From an uncultured Alphaproteobacteria bacterium (GTDB taxonomy: Bacteria; Pseudomonadota; Alphaproteobacteria; Methylaequorales; Methylaequoraceae): 64,000 nucleotides of DNA. The notes beneath the pieces were generated by a model. It saw only the letters and a list, made by a program, of their open reading frames with translations. It did not search any database and was not told the DNA's origin. The stretch covers positions 5,911 through 69,910 of the forward strand of contig CACJRF010000006.1 in assembly GCA_902595755.1 (NCBI GenBank), written 5' to 3'. The position numbers and the translations under genes were made by a program. Numbering within the stretch: position 1 is the first letter of the stretch; each line of letters begins with the position of its first letter. Shown here piece by piece: positions 21,505 to 31,766 of this stretch.

Positions 21505-22586
21505 ATTTTTTTTGACTTATCAATAAGAACTGGAACTAAAAATAAACATAAAATTGATGGAATAAAATTAAAAAGTTGCATATTCATAAATTTTATAGAC
21601 AGATTTGAGGCTGTAATTGAAACAACCTGTAATAAAATTATTGAAATAAATATTATTACTGTTCTATTTAAACCTTCTGTTCTTCTATAATTAAAGGATA
21701 ATAATATGATTGCAATTAAAGAGCTAAATCCAATTATATTAAGAGGCATTGAGTATCTGAGAGTTAATTCAGCTCTAAATGCTTGAATATTATTTTGGTC
21801 GTCGAGAGAATTTGGATTTGGATTTTTTAGTTCGTCAATAGTTCTTTCGGATGGTGATTTCCATCTTGCAGACCAATTATCACTTTGATTTTGATTTATA
21901 TCTAGTAAGTACTTATCAAAATAAAGAACTGAAAGCTTTTTGTCTTGAGATTGAAATTGTTGTGAGCCATCTTCCAACATGATTTTTGTTGATGAGTCAC
22001 CAGAAATAATTTCTCCCTTTTTAGCTATTAATGTTGAAGTTTGTTTATTATTTCTAGTATCGTGGATAAAAACATTATAAAGACCATCAACTTTTCTTTC
22101 TTTAACAAATATGGTGAAATTTTTACCAATAGTGTTAAATGTACCCTCTTGAAGTAAAGTAGAGGAATAATCATCTTTAAGTGTATAAAATAATTTTTTA
22201 AAGTCAGTATTTGACTGTGGAGCAAGATAAAGGGTGAAATAAAAACTTATAATGCAAAGAACTGTAGAAAATATAATTATTGGTTTAATTATATCTAGAA
22301 TAGTGAAGCTAGAAGATTGTAGAATTACTAACTCACGGTCTGTTTGCATTCTTGAAAATACGAAGTAAGTTGATAAACAAACAGTTACAGGAAGAATTAC
22401 AGGAATTATTTGGGGAAGTGATAGGCTTATAAGTTTTATAAAAATATAAAAAGGCAAACCTCTACCAATCATTAGCTCAATAAGTTGAACACTTTTAGCT
22501 AAACAAAAAAGAGAAATAATCAGCAAAAGTATTAATAATGAGTTGTAGCAAAGTTGTTTAAATATATATTTGTCAATTAAATTCAT
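21501..22586 (-). CDS. lptF: LPS export permease LptF
   Basis: MNLIDKYIFKQ, DRELVILQSS, LQEGTFN; divergent from pepA. Confidence 0.88.
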   Translation of the reverse strand: MNLIDKYIFKQLCYNSLLILLLIISLFCLAKSVQLIELMIGRGLPFYIFIKLISLSLPQIIPVILPVTVCLSTYFVFSRMQTDRELVILQSSSFTILDIIKPIIIFSTVLCIISFYFTLYLAPQSNTDFKKLFYTLKDDYSSTLLQEGTFNTIGKNFTIFVKERKVDGLYNVFIHDTRNNKQTSTLIAKKGEIISGDSSTKIMLEDGSQQFQSQDKKLSVLYFDKYLLDINQNQSDNWSARWKSPSERTIDELKNPNPNSLDDQNNIQAFRAELTLRYSMPLNIIGFSSLIAIILLSFNYRRTEGLNRTVIIFISIILLQVVSITASNLSIKFMNMQLFNFIPSILCLFLVPVLIDKSKKI

Positions 22587-22651
22587 TGAATATTTTTAAA
22601 AAAACAATATACATTATTTATTACAAATTTTAATCTTAATTAATACAGAAA

Positions 22652-24121
22652 ATGAAAATAAGTTTTTCCAATAAGTTTGATAGCGAAGATAGCCTAGTAA
22701 TAATATATTCAGACAAAAACCAACTTCTTAAAAAAATCACGTTGAGTGGCGCTGAAAAAAACTTAATCGAGAAGGTTGAAAAATTAAATAAATCTAAAAA
22801 ATCATTTACTGAATTCTTTAATATCCCAGATGGAAAGAATATTAAAAAAATACTAATTTCAAAGACAAAATCAAAATTTGAAGTATCTCATACAGAGGCA
22901 CTGGCTGGAAAAATATTAAGTCAACTGGAAAGGAATAATATTGAAAAGGCCGTTGTTATTTGTTCAGTAGATTCTAACAGAGAAGGCTTATTTAATACAA
23001 TCAAAGCTCTTACACATGGTTTCTTAATGAAAGATTATAGGTTTGAAAAATATAAAACAATAACAAAAAAAGATTTCAAAGTTACATCTTTATCATTTAT
23101 TTTTCAAGCCTCACAATCAGAAAAAAAAAATCTAGAGACTCAGATTCAAATGGTAAAGGGAATTTACCTTACTAGAGATCTAATTTCAGAGCCAGCTAAT
23201 GAACTCTATCCAGAGAAATTTGTTCAACTTTGTAATGTTTTAAAAAAAGTTGGTATAAAAACCGAGGTTCTTGATGAAAAAAAAATAAAGAGCTTGGGTA
23301 TGAATGCTCTTATGGGAGTTGCTCAAGGCTCTGTAAAACCACCAAGAGTATTAGTAATGAAATGGAATGGCAAAAAGGATAAGGATTTTTCAAACCCTCT
23401 TGGCTTTATCGGAAAAGGTGTAACTTTTGATACAGGTGGTATATCTATTAAACCTTCAGGGGGAATGGAGGACATGAAATGGGATATGGGTGGAGCAGCG
23501 GTTGTTGCTGGATTGATGTATACACTTGCAATAAGAAAGTCAAAAGCTAATGCTATAGGTATTGTAGGTCTAGTAGAAAACATGCCTGATGGTAATGCTC
23601 AAAGACCTGGTGACATTGTTAAATCAATGTCTGGTCAGACAATTGAAGTTTTAAATACAGACGCAGAAGGAAGACTTGTTCTGGCAGACGTTATAACCTA
23701 TGTTAGGAAAAAATATAAACCGTCTTTGATGATTGACCTAGCAACATTGACTGGAGCTATAATTGTTGCTCTGGGAGATAGATATGCTGGACTTTTTTCA
23801 AATTCAGATAGTTTGTCAAACAAAATTTACAAATCCTCCATCAATACACAAGAGCTAGTTTGGAGATTACCAATGGATAATAAATTTGATAAACTTCTTG
23901 ATTGTTCAGTAGCTGATATGAAGAATATTACTGGCACTAGGGGGGCAGGAAGTATAACTGCTGCTCAGTTTATCAAAAGATTTGTAGGAGATGTCGATTG
24001 GGCACACTTAGATATTGCAGGAGTTACTTGGTCAAAAAGGGGCACAGATTTCTCAAGACCTGGCGGAACTGGCTTTGGTGTAAGATTATTAGATAATTTT
24101 GTTAAAGAAAATTATGAATAA
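22652..24121 (+). CDS. pepA: Leucyl aminopeptidase (M17)
   Basis: GKGVTFDTGG, MKWDMGGAA, NTDAEGRLVLAD, WAHLDIAG. Confidence 0.97.
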   Translation: MKISFSNKFDSEDSLVIIYSDKNQLLKKITLSGAEKNLIEKVEKLNKSKKSFTEFFNIPDGKNIKKILISKTKSKFEVSHTEALAGKILSQLERNNIEKAVVICSVDSNREGLFNTIKALTHGFLMKDYRFEKYKTITKKDFKVTSLSFIFQASQSEKKNLETQIQMVKGIYLTRDLISEPANELYPEKFVQLCNVLKKVGIKTEVLDEKKIKSLGMNALMGVAQGSVKPPRVLVMKWNGKKDKDFSNPLGFIGKGVTFDTGGISIKPSGGMEDMKWDMGGAAVVAGLMYTLAIRKSKANAIGIVGLVENMPDGNAQRPGDIVKSMSGQTIEVLNTDAEGRLVLADVITYVRKKYKPSLMIDLATLTGAIIVALGDRYAGLFSNSDSLSNKIYKSSINTQELVWRLPMDNKFDKLLDCSVADMKNITGTRGAGSITAAQFIKRFVGDVDWAHLDIAGVTWSKRGTDFSRPGGTGFGVRLLDNFVKENYE

Positions 24122-24578
24122 TGGAGTCAAATCTAGACAGATAGATTTTTACTATATATCCTCAAATTTTTCAGACATACTTCTTAAGCTAGGTGAAAAG
24201 CTTATGGGTCGTGATTATAAAACTCTTGTTTTATTGGATAAATATAAAGATTTAAACGATATAGATAGGTTTTTATGGGTTAAAGAAAAAAGTAGTTTCT
24301 TACCTCACAAATTAATTAACGAAGAAATTTTTGAAAAGGATAAAATTGTATTATCTCAAAATTCAGAGATACCTGATTATTTGGAGAAAAAATTTGATAC
24401 GTTGATTATTTCGCCCGAAAAAAGTATAAAGTCATTTAAATTATTTAAAAGATTCTTAGTTTTTTGTTATAAAGGTAGTTACCAGAATTTCGATTCTTAT
24501 AAAATTAGACTTGAATCATTAGGCTTCACAGTTAACGGTTTTGAAGAGTTCAATGCATTTAAATGGAAGTCATTGTAA
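24114..24578 (+). CDS. holC: DNA polymerase III chi subunit (divergent)
   Basis: IDFY, LNDIDRFLW, SFLPH motifs; directly downstream of pepA. ATG at 24114 preferred. Confidence 0.7.
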   Translation: MNNGVKSRQIDFYYISSNFSDILLKLGEKLMGRDYKTLVLLDKYKDLNDIDRFLWVKEKSSFLPHKLINEEIFEKDKIVLSQNSEIPDYLEKKFDTLIISPEKSIKSFKLFKRFLVFCYKGSYQNFDSYKIRLESLGFTVNGFEEFNAFKWKSL

Positions 24579-24594
24579 ATTGTGAGGAGATATT

Positions 24595-25014
24595 ATGAAA
24601 CTTACGTTATCAATAATCAAACCTGATGCAGTCAAAAGAGATCTTATTGGTAAAATAAATACTATGATTGAGGATAAGTCTATAAAGATTGTTGGTCAGA
24701 AAATGATCAAATTATCATTAGAGGACGCCCAAATGTTTTATTCAGTTCATAAAGATAGAGCTTTTTATCAGGATTTGTGTAATTATATGATTTCTGGACC
24801 CATTGTAGTTCAGGTCTTGTCAGGTAAAGATGTAATCGTAAAATATAGGGAGCTCATGGGTGCCACAAATCCAGCAAATGCTGAGGATAATACTATAAGA
24901 AAGTCATATGGTGTGTCAGTTGAAGAAAACTCAGTTCATGGTTCAGATAGCGAAGAGAACGCGAAAATTGAAATAGATTTCTTTTTTAGCAAAAGAGAGA
25001 TATATAACTTTTAA
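24595..25014 (+). CDS. ndk: Nucleoside diphosphate kinase
   Basis: TLSIIKPDAV, SGPIV, GATNP, NSVHGSDS. Confidence 0.98.
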   Translation: MKLTLSIIKPDAVKRDLIGKINTMIEDKSIKIVGQKMIKLSLEDAQMFYSVHKDRAFYQDLCNYMISGPIVVQVLSGKDVIVKYRELMGATNPANAEDNTIRKSYGVSVEENSVHGSDSEENAKIEIDFFFSKREIYNF

Positions 25015-25133
25015 TAAATTAAAAAGAACCAAAGTAAAACTAACAATATCGTTATAATTACTGATGAGATAATGCTGAATTTTATAAATTTATTATAGAA
25101 ACTTTCGTGCTGTTTACTATTTACTTTTTCCAT
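25011..25133 (-). CDS. Small membrane protein resembling aa3-type cytochrome c oxidase subunit IV (40 aa; not in ORF track)
   Basis: Hand translation MEKVNSKQHESFYNKFIKFSIISSVIITILLVLLWFFLIY; GGAG 7 nt upstream; H-E-x-x-Y-x-x-F-I-K-F-S followed by one TM helix. Confidence 0.55.
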   Translation of the reverse strand: MEKVNSKQHESFYNKFIKFSIISSVIITILLVLLWFFLIY

Positions 25134-25698
25134 AATCTTTCTCCAATTTTTTTAATACTTTTATATATAATTTATGTTCTTCCATCAATATTTTTTTTGA
25201 TAACGAATCCTCATCATCGTGAGTCGAAATATTAACAATTTTTTGATCTATAATTTCCCCCCCATCCATAACATCGTTTACAAAATGTACAGTGCATCCA
25301 GAATATTTTGCATTATTTTCTATAGCTTGTTTCTGTGCATTTAATCCTTTAAAGTATGGAAGAATAGAGGGATGTATATTTAAAATCATCTTTGGCCATT
25401 TTTTTACAAAGCCTTTACTAAGTATCTTCATAAAACCTGCTAAGCAAATAAGATTAATGTTATTTTTTTTTAATATTTTATCTAAAAGACTCTCAAAACT
25501 TTCTGTAGCTAGACTTTTACTATCTAGAATATGAGTTTCTATTTTATATTTGCTTGCAACTTTTAATCCGTATGCATTAGATTTATTTGATACAACTAAA
25601 TTTACAGAAGAACATAATTTTTTTTTATTACATGCTTCGATGATATTCTTCATATTACTTCCTCTACCGGAAATCAAAATAGCTATTCTAAAACCCAT
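25117..25698 (-). CDS. purN: Phosphoribosylglycinamide formyltransferase
   Basis: ILISGRGSNM, LAGFMKIL, LNIHPSILP, GCTVHFV. Confidence 0.97.
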   Translation of the reverse strand: MGFRIAILISGRGSNMKNIIEACNKKKLCSSVNLVVSNKSNAYGLKVASKYKIETHILDSKSLATESFESLLDKILKKNNINLICLAGFMKILSKGFVKKWPKMILNIHPSILPYFKGLNAQKQAIENNAKYSGCTVHFVNDVMDGGEIIDQKIVNISTHDDEDSLSKKILMEEHKLYIKVLKKLEKDYGKSK

Positions 25699-26741
25699 TT
25701 ACCATAATTCTTTATTATTATTTGACTGCCCATCTTATTTTCAAAAGTTTTACCCATAATCCAAAATTTAATTCCTTTTTTTTTTAAAAAACTTATGACA
25801 CCTTTTTGCTGATTATCTGAGATAATCAAAATTAATCCAATACCGCAATTAAATGTTTTTAACATTTCTTTATTTTCTATAGAGCCTAACTTTTGAAGCC
25901 ATAGAAATATATTGGGAATTTTATAATTTTTAAAATCAATAATTGCAGTTAACTCTTTTGGGATAGCTCTTACCAGATTTTCATATATCCCTCCACCAGT
26001 AATATGAGCAATTGATTTGATCATTCTTTTTTTTATTAGTGGTAATATGTAATCAATGTATATTTTTGTTGGTTTAATAAGTTCATCTCCAACTTTTTTT
26101 TTAGAATTGAAAGATAACTTTTCATCAAGTGATATTTTATTAATTTCCAGTATTTTTCTTACCATTGAAAATCCATTTGAATGGATACCATTAGACTCTA
26201 AACCAATTATTAAATCTCCTTTTTTTACATTTCCCTTTTTAAGTAAATTTTTTCTTTCAACCACACCAACCGAGAATCCAGCTATATCAAAATCATTATT
26301 TTTATATAATCCTGGCATTTCAGCGGTTTCTCCTCCAACTAATGAGCAATTTGATACTTTACATGCCTTATTGATGCTTTTAACAAGTTTTAAAAAATCT
26401 TTTTTTTCTATTCTTGAAGAAGAAATATAATCCAAAAAAAATAGGGGTTCACCTCCACTTGCTAAAATATCATTAACACACATAGCTACTAAATCAAATC
26501 CTAGATAATCTAGTTTATTATAATTTATTGCTACGCATAGTTTTGTCCCTACACCGTCTGTACTACTAAGTAAAATTGGATCTTTATACCTTAGTTTTTT
26601 TAAGTCAAACAGAGAACAAAATCCACCTGTATTTTTAATAACTTCTCTCCTAATATTTGTAGAGGTTATATTTTCAATATTATTTACTAATTTTGATGTT
26701 TTGTTAGTATCAACACCAGAAGATTTATATGTTATTTTAAT
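25683..26741 (-). CDS. purM: AIR synthase PurM (probable ATT start)
   Basis: The frame stays open upstream of the track's ATG (26483) through TYKSSGVD, TGGFCSLFDL and TDGVGTK to a TAA at 26769-26771. It has no in-frame ATG/GTG/TTG; AAGGAG lies 6 nt before ATT at 26741. Confidence 0.93.
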   Translation of the reverse strand: MKITYKSSGVDTNKTSKLVNNIENITSTNIRREVIKNTGGFCSLFDLKKLRYKDPILLSSTDGVGTKLCVAINYNKLDYLGFDLVAMCVNDILASGGEPLFFLDYISSSRIEKKDFLKLVKSINKACKVSNCSLVGGETAEMPGLYKNNDFDIAGFSVGVVERKNLLKKGNVKKGDLIIGLESNGIHSNGFSMVRKILEINKISLDEKLSFNSKKKVGDELIKPTKIYIDYILPLIKKRMIKSIAHITGGGIYENLVRAIPKELTAIIDFKNYKIPNIFLWLQKLGSIENKEMLKTFNCGIGLILIISDNQQKGVISFLKKKGIKFWIMGKTFENKMGSQIIIKNYGKWVLE

Positions 26742-26826
26742 TGGTCGCTCCTTAATTTTCTTTAATAATTACTTTAGAAAAAAATAAATGCTATAAATCA
26801 AATAAAACTTAACAATTTTTGGTTTA

Positions 26827-27921
26827 TTGCGAAATTTTATTAAATATTTAATCATTATAATATTTATTAATTTTCATGTACATGGAAATGATGCATTATA
26901 TTTTGTTAAAGATAATCAAGTTTTTCTTCAAAATGATAACAATATATTGGATCTAAGAGAGAAAGCAAAAAATATTGCTTTTGAGAATGCCTTTAGAATA
27001 TTAATAAAAAAAATTATTGATTCAAAAGATCTAAAAAGTGTAAATCAATTAGATAACCTTAAAATTAATAAGCTTGTGAATGATTACAAGATAACCGATG
27101 AACAAATATCAGATATTAGCTATTCTGCAAACATCTCCGTAAATTTTAATCAAAAGTCTATACTAAAGTTTTTTAGAAAGCATAAAATAAGAGTTCAAAC
27201 ATTAGTTTCCGACGAATATTTAGTATTTCCAATTTTAGATAAAGTAAATACTTTATACTTATGGGAGATGAATAATACTTGGTATGATAACCTTAAGTCA
27301 GACTATGATGAAGTTGGGTTATTAAAATTATATTTTCCAGAGAAAAATCATCTAAATAAATTAAAGATATCTGCGCGACAAATAATAAAAAGAGATATTT
27401 TTGCAATTAAGGGGTTTCTAAAAACTCATAAGAAAAAAAAAGGTATTATAATTTTTTTAAGAGAAAACTTTGATAAAGAAGCTGGTGGATTTAAATCAGA
27501 CTTGAGTTTAACTATTTTTACTGACGATAATTTTGAAGAGATTAAAATTATTGATAAAAATAATTTTAATGAAATTTACTCAACTTCACAGATGAAACTT
27601 ATCTCAAAAACAGTTATCAACGAACTGCAAATGTGGTGGAAAAAAAAGGCTAATAAGCTTGATCTTAAGTCAAATATGATTAACGAGATATTTATTAAAC
27701 ATTACTATGATGGTTTGAAAACAAGCCTACTTATTGAGAAAACACTATTTAGTATTTTTGATAATGATGAAATTACACTGTTTCAAGTTCAAGATGATTC
27801 AGTGATTTATAAAGTAATGTCAAATTTTTCTATAGATAAAATTAATTTGTCTTTGAGTAAATATGGTTTGATTATTAAGTCTATTGAGAATAAAACATTT
27901 CTAATAGATGAAATCAATTGA
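26827..27921 (+). CDS. Exported protein, DUF2066-like
   Basis: Signal peptide, then REKAKNIAFENAFRIL...LVNDYKITDE...YSANISVNF; divergent from purM as is usual for DUF2066. Confidence 0.55.
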   Translation: MRNFIKYLIIIIFINFHVHGNDALYFVKDNQVFLQNDNNILDLREKAKNIAFENAFRILIKKIIDSKDLKSVNQLDNLKINKLVNDYKITDEQISDISYSANISVNFNQKSILKFFRKHKIRVQTLVSDEYLVFPILDKVNTLYLWEMNNTWYDNLKSDYDEVGLLKLYFPEKNHLNKLKISARQIIKRDIFAIKGFLKTHKKKKGIIIFLRENFDKEAGGFKSDLSLTIFTDDNFEEIKIIDKNNFNEIYSTSQMKLISKTVINELQMWWKKKANKLDLKSNMINEIFIKHYYDGLKTSLLIEKTLFSIFDNDEITLFQVQDDSVIYKVMSNFSIDKINLSLSKYGLIIKSIENKTFLIDEIN

Positions 27922-28598
27922 TGAAACAAGAAATTATTAAATTTAATTTTAAATTTAAAAATAATGATTTTTATGTAAGTACTAAAAATGAGTTGGCCTA
28001 TAAAATGATTAAAAAGTGGCCTGAATGGCCTACTAAAGTAGTTTATATTTATGGATCTGAAAAGTGCGGTAAATCATTAGTTTGCAAATTGTGGAAGGAT
28101 ATATCACGGGGAATATATATTAATAAAAAAAACTTTCTGGAAAAATTAATTGCTCAGAATGATTTGAGTTATATTCAAAATCATAATTGGATAATCGACG
28201 ATGTTGATTACATAATTAGCTTTGAAGATAATAAGTATGAGGAAAAGATTCTTAATCTTATAAATATTATTAAAGCAAGTGGAAAAAATAATATTTTGAT
28301 GGCTTCTCGAAAAATGCCACGGCTCTTAGATTCTGGTTTAAAAGATTTAATATCTAGAATTTCATCTGCTACCGTTATTGAAATGAGAGATCCTGATGAA
28401 ATTTTATTAAAAAAAATTATTGAAAAATATTTAAAGGAAAGAAATATACATATTAATAATGAGAGTCTAGATTATTTGATAAATAGAATTGAAAGATCTT
28501 ATAAGTCAGCATTAAAATTTGCAAAAATGATAGATATTATGTCATTGGAAAAGAAAACTAAGATTAATAAATCTTTTCTCAAATCTATATTAAATTAA
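27918..28598 (+). CDS. hda: DnaA regulatory inactivator Hda / HdaA-like AAA+ protein
   Basis: DFYVSTKNELAY, WPEWP, Walker A GSEKCGKS, DLISRI, LINRIERSY. Confidence 0.8.
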   Translation: MMKQEIIKFNFKFKNNDFYVSTKNELAYKMIKKWPEWPTKVVYIYGSEKCGKSLVCKLWKDISRGIYINKKNFLEKLIAQNDLSYIQNHNWIIDDVDYIISFEDNKYEEKILNLINIIKASGKNNILMASRKMPRLLDSGLKDLISRISSATVIEMRDPDEILLKKIIEKYLKERNIHINNESLDYLINRIERSYKSALKFAKMIDIMSLEKKTKINKSFLKSILN

Positions 28599-29414
28599 AT
28601 TATTTAGTACTGTTTTGAGTTCATAGTTTTGAACTTTATTTATTACCTTTTTTTTTAATTTTAATGAGGATTTATTTTTAAAAAATAATTTAATTTCAAA
28701 GTTTTTAATAATTCTTTTTACTGGAACATTATTTTTGATAGCAATTTTTTCTCTTAACTCACAGATTTTTTTTAGTCTATAAAAATCTTCATTTGATTTA
28801 GGAATAAATCTTAATTTTTTCCAAGCTACCAAAGCTTTTTCAGAATATGTTTTGGGATTTAACAGTTTTTCATGGATACTTTTTAGATACATAAAATTTT
28901 TACTGAAATTTATTTTTAAATTTAGTTTCTTGTATAAAGGTAACAGATATTTTACATCATTTATAGCATAACTAATTTTACCTTCGCTTAGTGGTCGCTT
29001 TCTCCAATCTATAAATTGATTATTTTTGTTAATATTTATTGCTAAGAAGTTTTTACAGGCTGATGCGTAACTAATTGACAGGTTTGTATTAATTAAGGAT
29101 ATACAAAGTTGAAGATCGTAAATTGGTTTAGGTATTTTTTTAAATATTTTGTAAAAAATTTCAATATCCTGACTTGCCGCAAAAAAGACCTTTATTATTG
29201 TTTGATTAAATAGAAGTTTTTCAAGGAATTTCTTTTCTAATTTACCACAAATTGGATCAATAATAATACTTTGACTTAAATTAGAAATTTGTATAAGACA
29301 CAATTTTGGGTGGTATGTATCAACTCTGTAGAATTCGGTATCTATACCAATTAATTTATCTTTTTGACATTTCAAATAGAATTGTTGTAATTTAACATTA
29401 TTTAAATTGAGCAT
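28590..29414 (-). CDS. rnd: Ribonuclease D-like DEDDy exonuclease
   Basis: IDTEF, LCLIQIS, DWRKRPL, YAINDV; divergent from aspS. Confidence 0.85.
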   Translation of the reverse strand: MLNLNNVKLQQFYLKCQKDKLIGIDTEFYRVDTYHPKLCLIQISNLSQSIIIDPICGKLEKKFLEKLLFNQTIIKVFFAASQDIEIFYKIFKKIPKPIYDLQLCISLINTNLSISYASACKNFLAININKNNQFIDWRKRPLSEGKISYAINDVKYLLPLYKKLNLKINFSKNFMYLKSIHEKLLNPKTYSEKALVAWKKLRFIPKSNEDFYRLKKICELREKIAIKNNVPVKRIIKNFEIKLFFKNKSSLKLKKKVINKVQNYELKTVLNNLI

Positions 29415-29452
29415 TCATTAATTATTATCATTATTAAGCATTTTCATCAATT

Positions 29453-31216
29453 ATGACTAAATATAGATCAAACAACTGCGGAGAACTTACTAGTAATCAT
29501 ATCAATCAAGATGTAAAGTTATCTGGTTGGATTAATAAGAAAAGAGATCATGGAGGACTTTTATTTATAGATCTTAGGGATCATTACGGTGTAACGCAAT
29601 GTGTTGTTGACTCTAAAATCAATAACTATGATGTAATTGAATCAGTGAAGTTAGAAAGTGTAATTAAAATTGAGGGCAAAGTTTTAAAGAGATCTGATGA
29701 GACAATTAATAAAGCAATAAAAACAGGAGAGATTGAGGTTTCTGTTGAAAAACTTGAAGTGCTCAATGCCTCCAAACAAATTCCTTTTCAAGTATCTATC
29801 GATGATGACTCTCCAGAGGACCTAAGACTAAAATATAGATATATTGACCTCAGAAGAAAAAAAATTCATGAAAATATTATCTTAAGATCAAATGTTATTA
29901 AAACACTTAGAGAGGAGATGACTAATGCAGGATTTAACGAAATTCAGACTCCAATTCTTACCGCATCATCGCCAGAGGGTGCTAGAGATTTTTTAGTGCC
30001 AAGTCGATTAAATAATGGAAAATTCTATGCGCTCCCACAAGCTCCACAAATATTTAAGCAATTGCTAATGGTATCAAATTTTGATAAATATTTTCAAATT
30101 GCCCCATGTTTTAGAGATGAAGATGCTCGAGCTGATAGATCCCCTGGAGAGTTTTATCAGTTAGATTTTGAGATGTCATTCGTTGAGCAAGAAGATATAT
30201 TTAATGAAATTGAACCTATACTAGAGAAGGTTTTTAAGAAGTTTAGTGGCAAGAGAGTATCTAAACTACCATTTAACAGAATAACCTACAAAGAATCTAT
30301 GTCCAAATATGGAACAGATAAACCTGATTTAAGAAACCCATTGGAAATAATAGATGTTACCCAATGTTTTCTAAACTCTGGCTTTAAAATTTTTGAGTCA
30401 AACATATCAAATGGTAGTGTTGTAAAAGCAATAATTGCTCCAAAATCAGCTGATAAACCCAGAGGATGGTTTGATAAATTAAATAAGTGGGCAAGAGATA
30501 ATGGTCAAAAAGGACTTGGATATATAATCTTTGACGATAATGAGGCTAAAGGACCAATTGCGGGTAATTTAAACTCCGAAAATTTAAAAAAAATTCTTAA
30601 TGTTTCAGGTTTAGAGAATGGCGACTCATTATTTTTTATTTGTGATCAATTGAAAAATGCACAAAAGTTTTCCTCTTTAGCAAGAAATAAATTATGCGAG
30701 GATTTATCTTTATTAAAAACCGGAAGTTTTGAATTTTGTTGGATAATAGACTATCCAATGTTCGAGTTAGATGAACGAGGTAAGCTTGATTTTAGTCATA
30801 ATCCCTTTTCTATGCCCCAAGGGGGCATGGAAGCTTTAAATAATAATAATCCACTTGATATTCTCGCATATCAATTTGATATAGTTTGTAATGGAGTTGA
30901 ATTATCTTCAGGAGCAATAAGAAATCATAAGCCAGAAATAATGCTTAAAGCTTTCGAAATTGCAGGTTACTCAGAAAAAGAGCTTAAAGAAAGATTTGGA
31001 TTTTTGTTTGAAGCATTTCAATATGGTGCCCCTCCACATGGTGGATCTGCACCTGGTATTGATAGAATAGTAATGTTATTAGCAGCTGAGGATAATTTAA
31101 GAGAGGTTGTTGCTTTTCCAATGAATCAACAAGCAGAAGATCTAATGCTTGGAGCACCTAATAAAGCATCAGAAAATCATTTGAAGGAATTGGGTATTTT
31201 GATAAAAAAATCCTGA
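29453..31216 (+). CDS. aspS: Aspartyl-tRNA synthetase (non-discriminating signature)
   Basis: RDHGG, FIDLRD, EGARDF, LPQAPQ, FRDED, PPHGG. Confidence 0.98.
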   Translation: MTKYRSNNCGELTSNHINQDVKLSGWINKKRDHGGLLFIDLRDHYGVTQCVVDSKINNYDVIESVKLESVIKIEGKVLKRSDETINKAIKTGEIEVSVEKLEVLNASKQIPFQVSIDDDSPEDLRLKYRYIDLRRKKIHENIILRSNVIKTLREEMTNAGFNEIQTPILTASSPEGARDFLVPSRLNNGKFYALPQAPQIFKQLLMVSNFDKYFQIAPCFRDEDARADRSPGEFYQLDFEMSFVEQEDIFNEIEPILEKVFKKFSGKRVSKLPFNRITYKESMSKYGTDKPDLRNPLEIIDVTQCFLNSGFKIFESNISNGSVVKAIIAPKSADKPRGWFDKLNKWARDNGQKGLGYIIFDDNEAKGPIAGNLNSENLKKILNVSGLENGDSLFFICDQLKNAQKFSSLARNKLCEDLSLLKTGSFEFCWIIDYPMFELDERGKLDFSHNPFSMPQGGMEALNNNNPLDILAYQFDIVCNGVELSSGAIRNHKPEIMLKAFEIAGYSEKELKERFGFLFEAFQYGAPPHGGSAPGIDRIVMLLAAEDNLREVVAFPMNQQAEDLMLGAPNKASENHLKELGILIKKS

Positions 31217-31384
31217 TTATTTTATTTTTTGTTCTTTAAAAACAACGTGTTTTCTAGCTTTAGGATCGTATTTTTTGAGTTCTAATTTTTCTGTTTTGGT
31301 CTTTGGATTCCTGAACTTGACATAAAAGTAACCTGTATTAGCTGTACTAACCATTTTAACTTGTATAGTATTAGACTTTGCCAT
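31217..31384 (-). CDS. rpmG: 50S ribosomal protein L33 (55 aa; not in ORF track)
   Basis: Hand translation [55 protein letters not shown]. Confidence 0.96.
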   Translation of the reverse strand: MAKSNTIQVKMVSTANTGYFYVKFRNPKTKTEKLELKKYDPKARKHVVFKEQKIK

Positions 31385-31421
31385 ATTTAGTTTATAAAAA
31401 TAATAATTTCATATGTCAAGC

Positions 31422-31766
31422 TTATGTTTTATCATCAACACTGATTTGAAATCCTATAAAAGCACCCTTTATTTTTGGTAATAGCCATAAGGATAAAACT
31501 AATGTTAAGAGTGGCCAAAAAAACATTTGAAAATAAATGGATGGACTTAATTTTTTTTCTGCAAGAAGGACAAGTGGGATTATGATATGTCCAACGATTA
31601 AAATTGTTAAGTATGCAGGACCATCATCAGATTTATAATTTGATAGTTTGATTCCGCATGATTTACATTTTTTGTATGTTTTTAAAAATTCAACATATAG
31701 TGGCACCTCACCACATGCTGGACATTTTTTTTTAAAACCTCGTTTTATATAATTCCCTCTATTCAT
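31422..31766 (-). CDS. DUF983 family membrane protein
   Basis: RG...CPACG...CKSCG...DDGPAY...LLPKIKG. Confidence 0.85.
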   Translation of the reverse strand: MNRGNYIKRGFKKKCPACGEVPLYVEFLKTYKKCKSCGIKLSNYKSDDGPAYLTILIVGHIIIPLVLLAEKKLSPSIYFQMFFWPLLTLVLSLWLLPKIKGAFIGFQISVDDKT

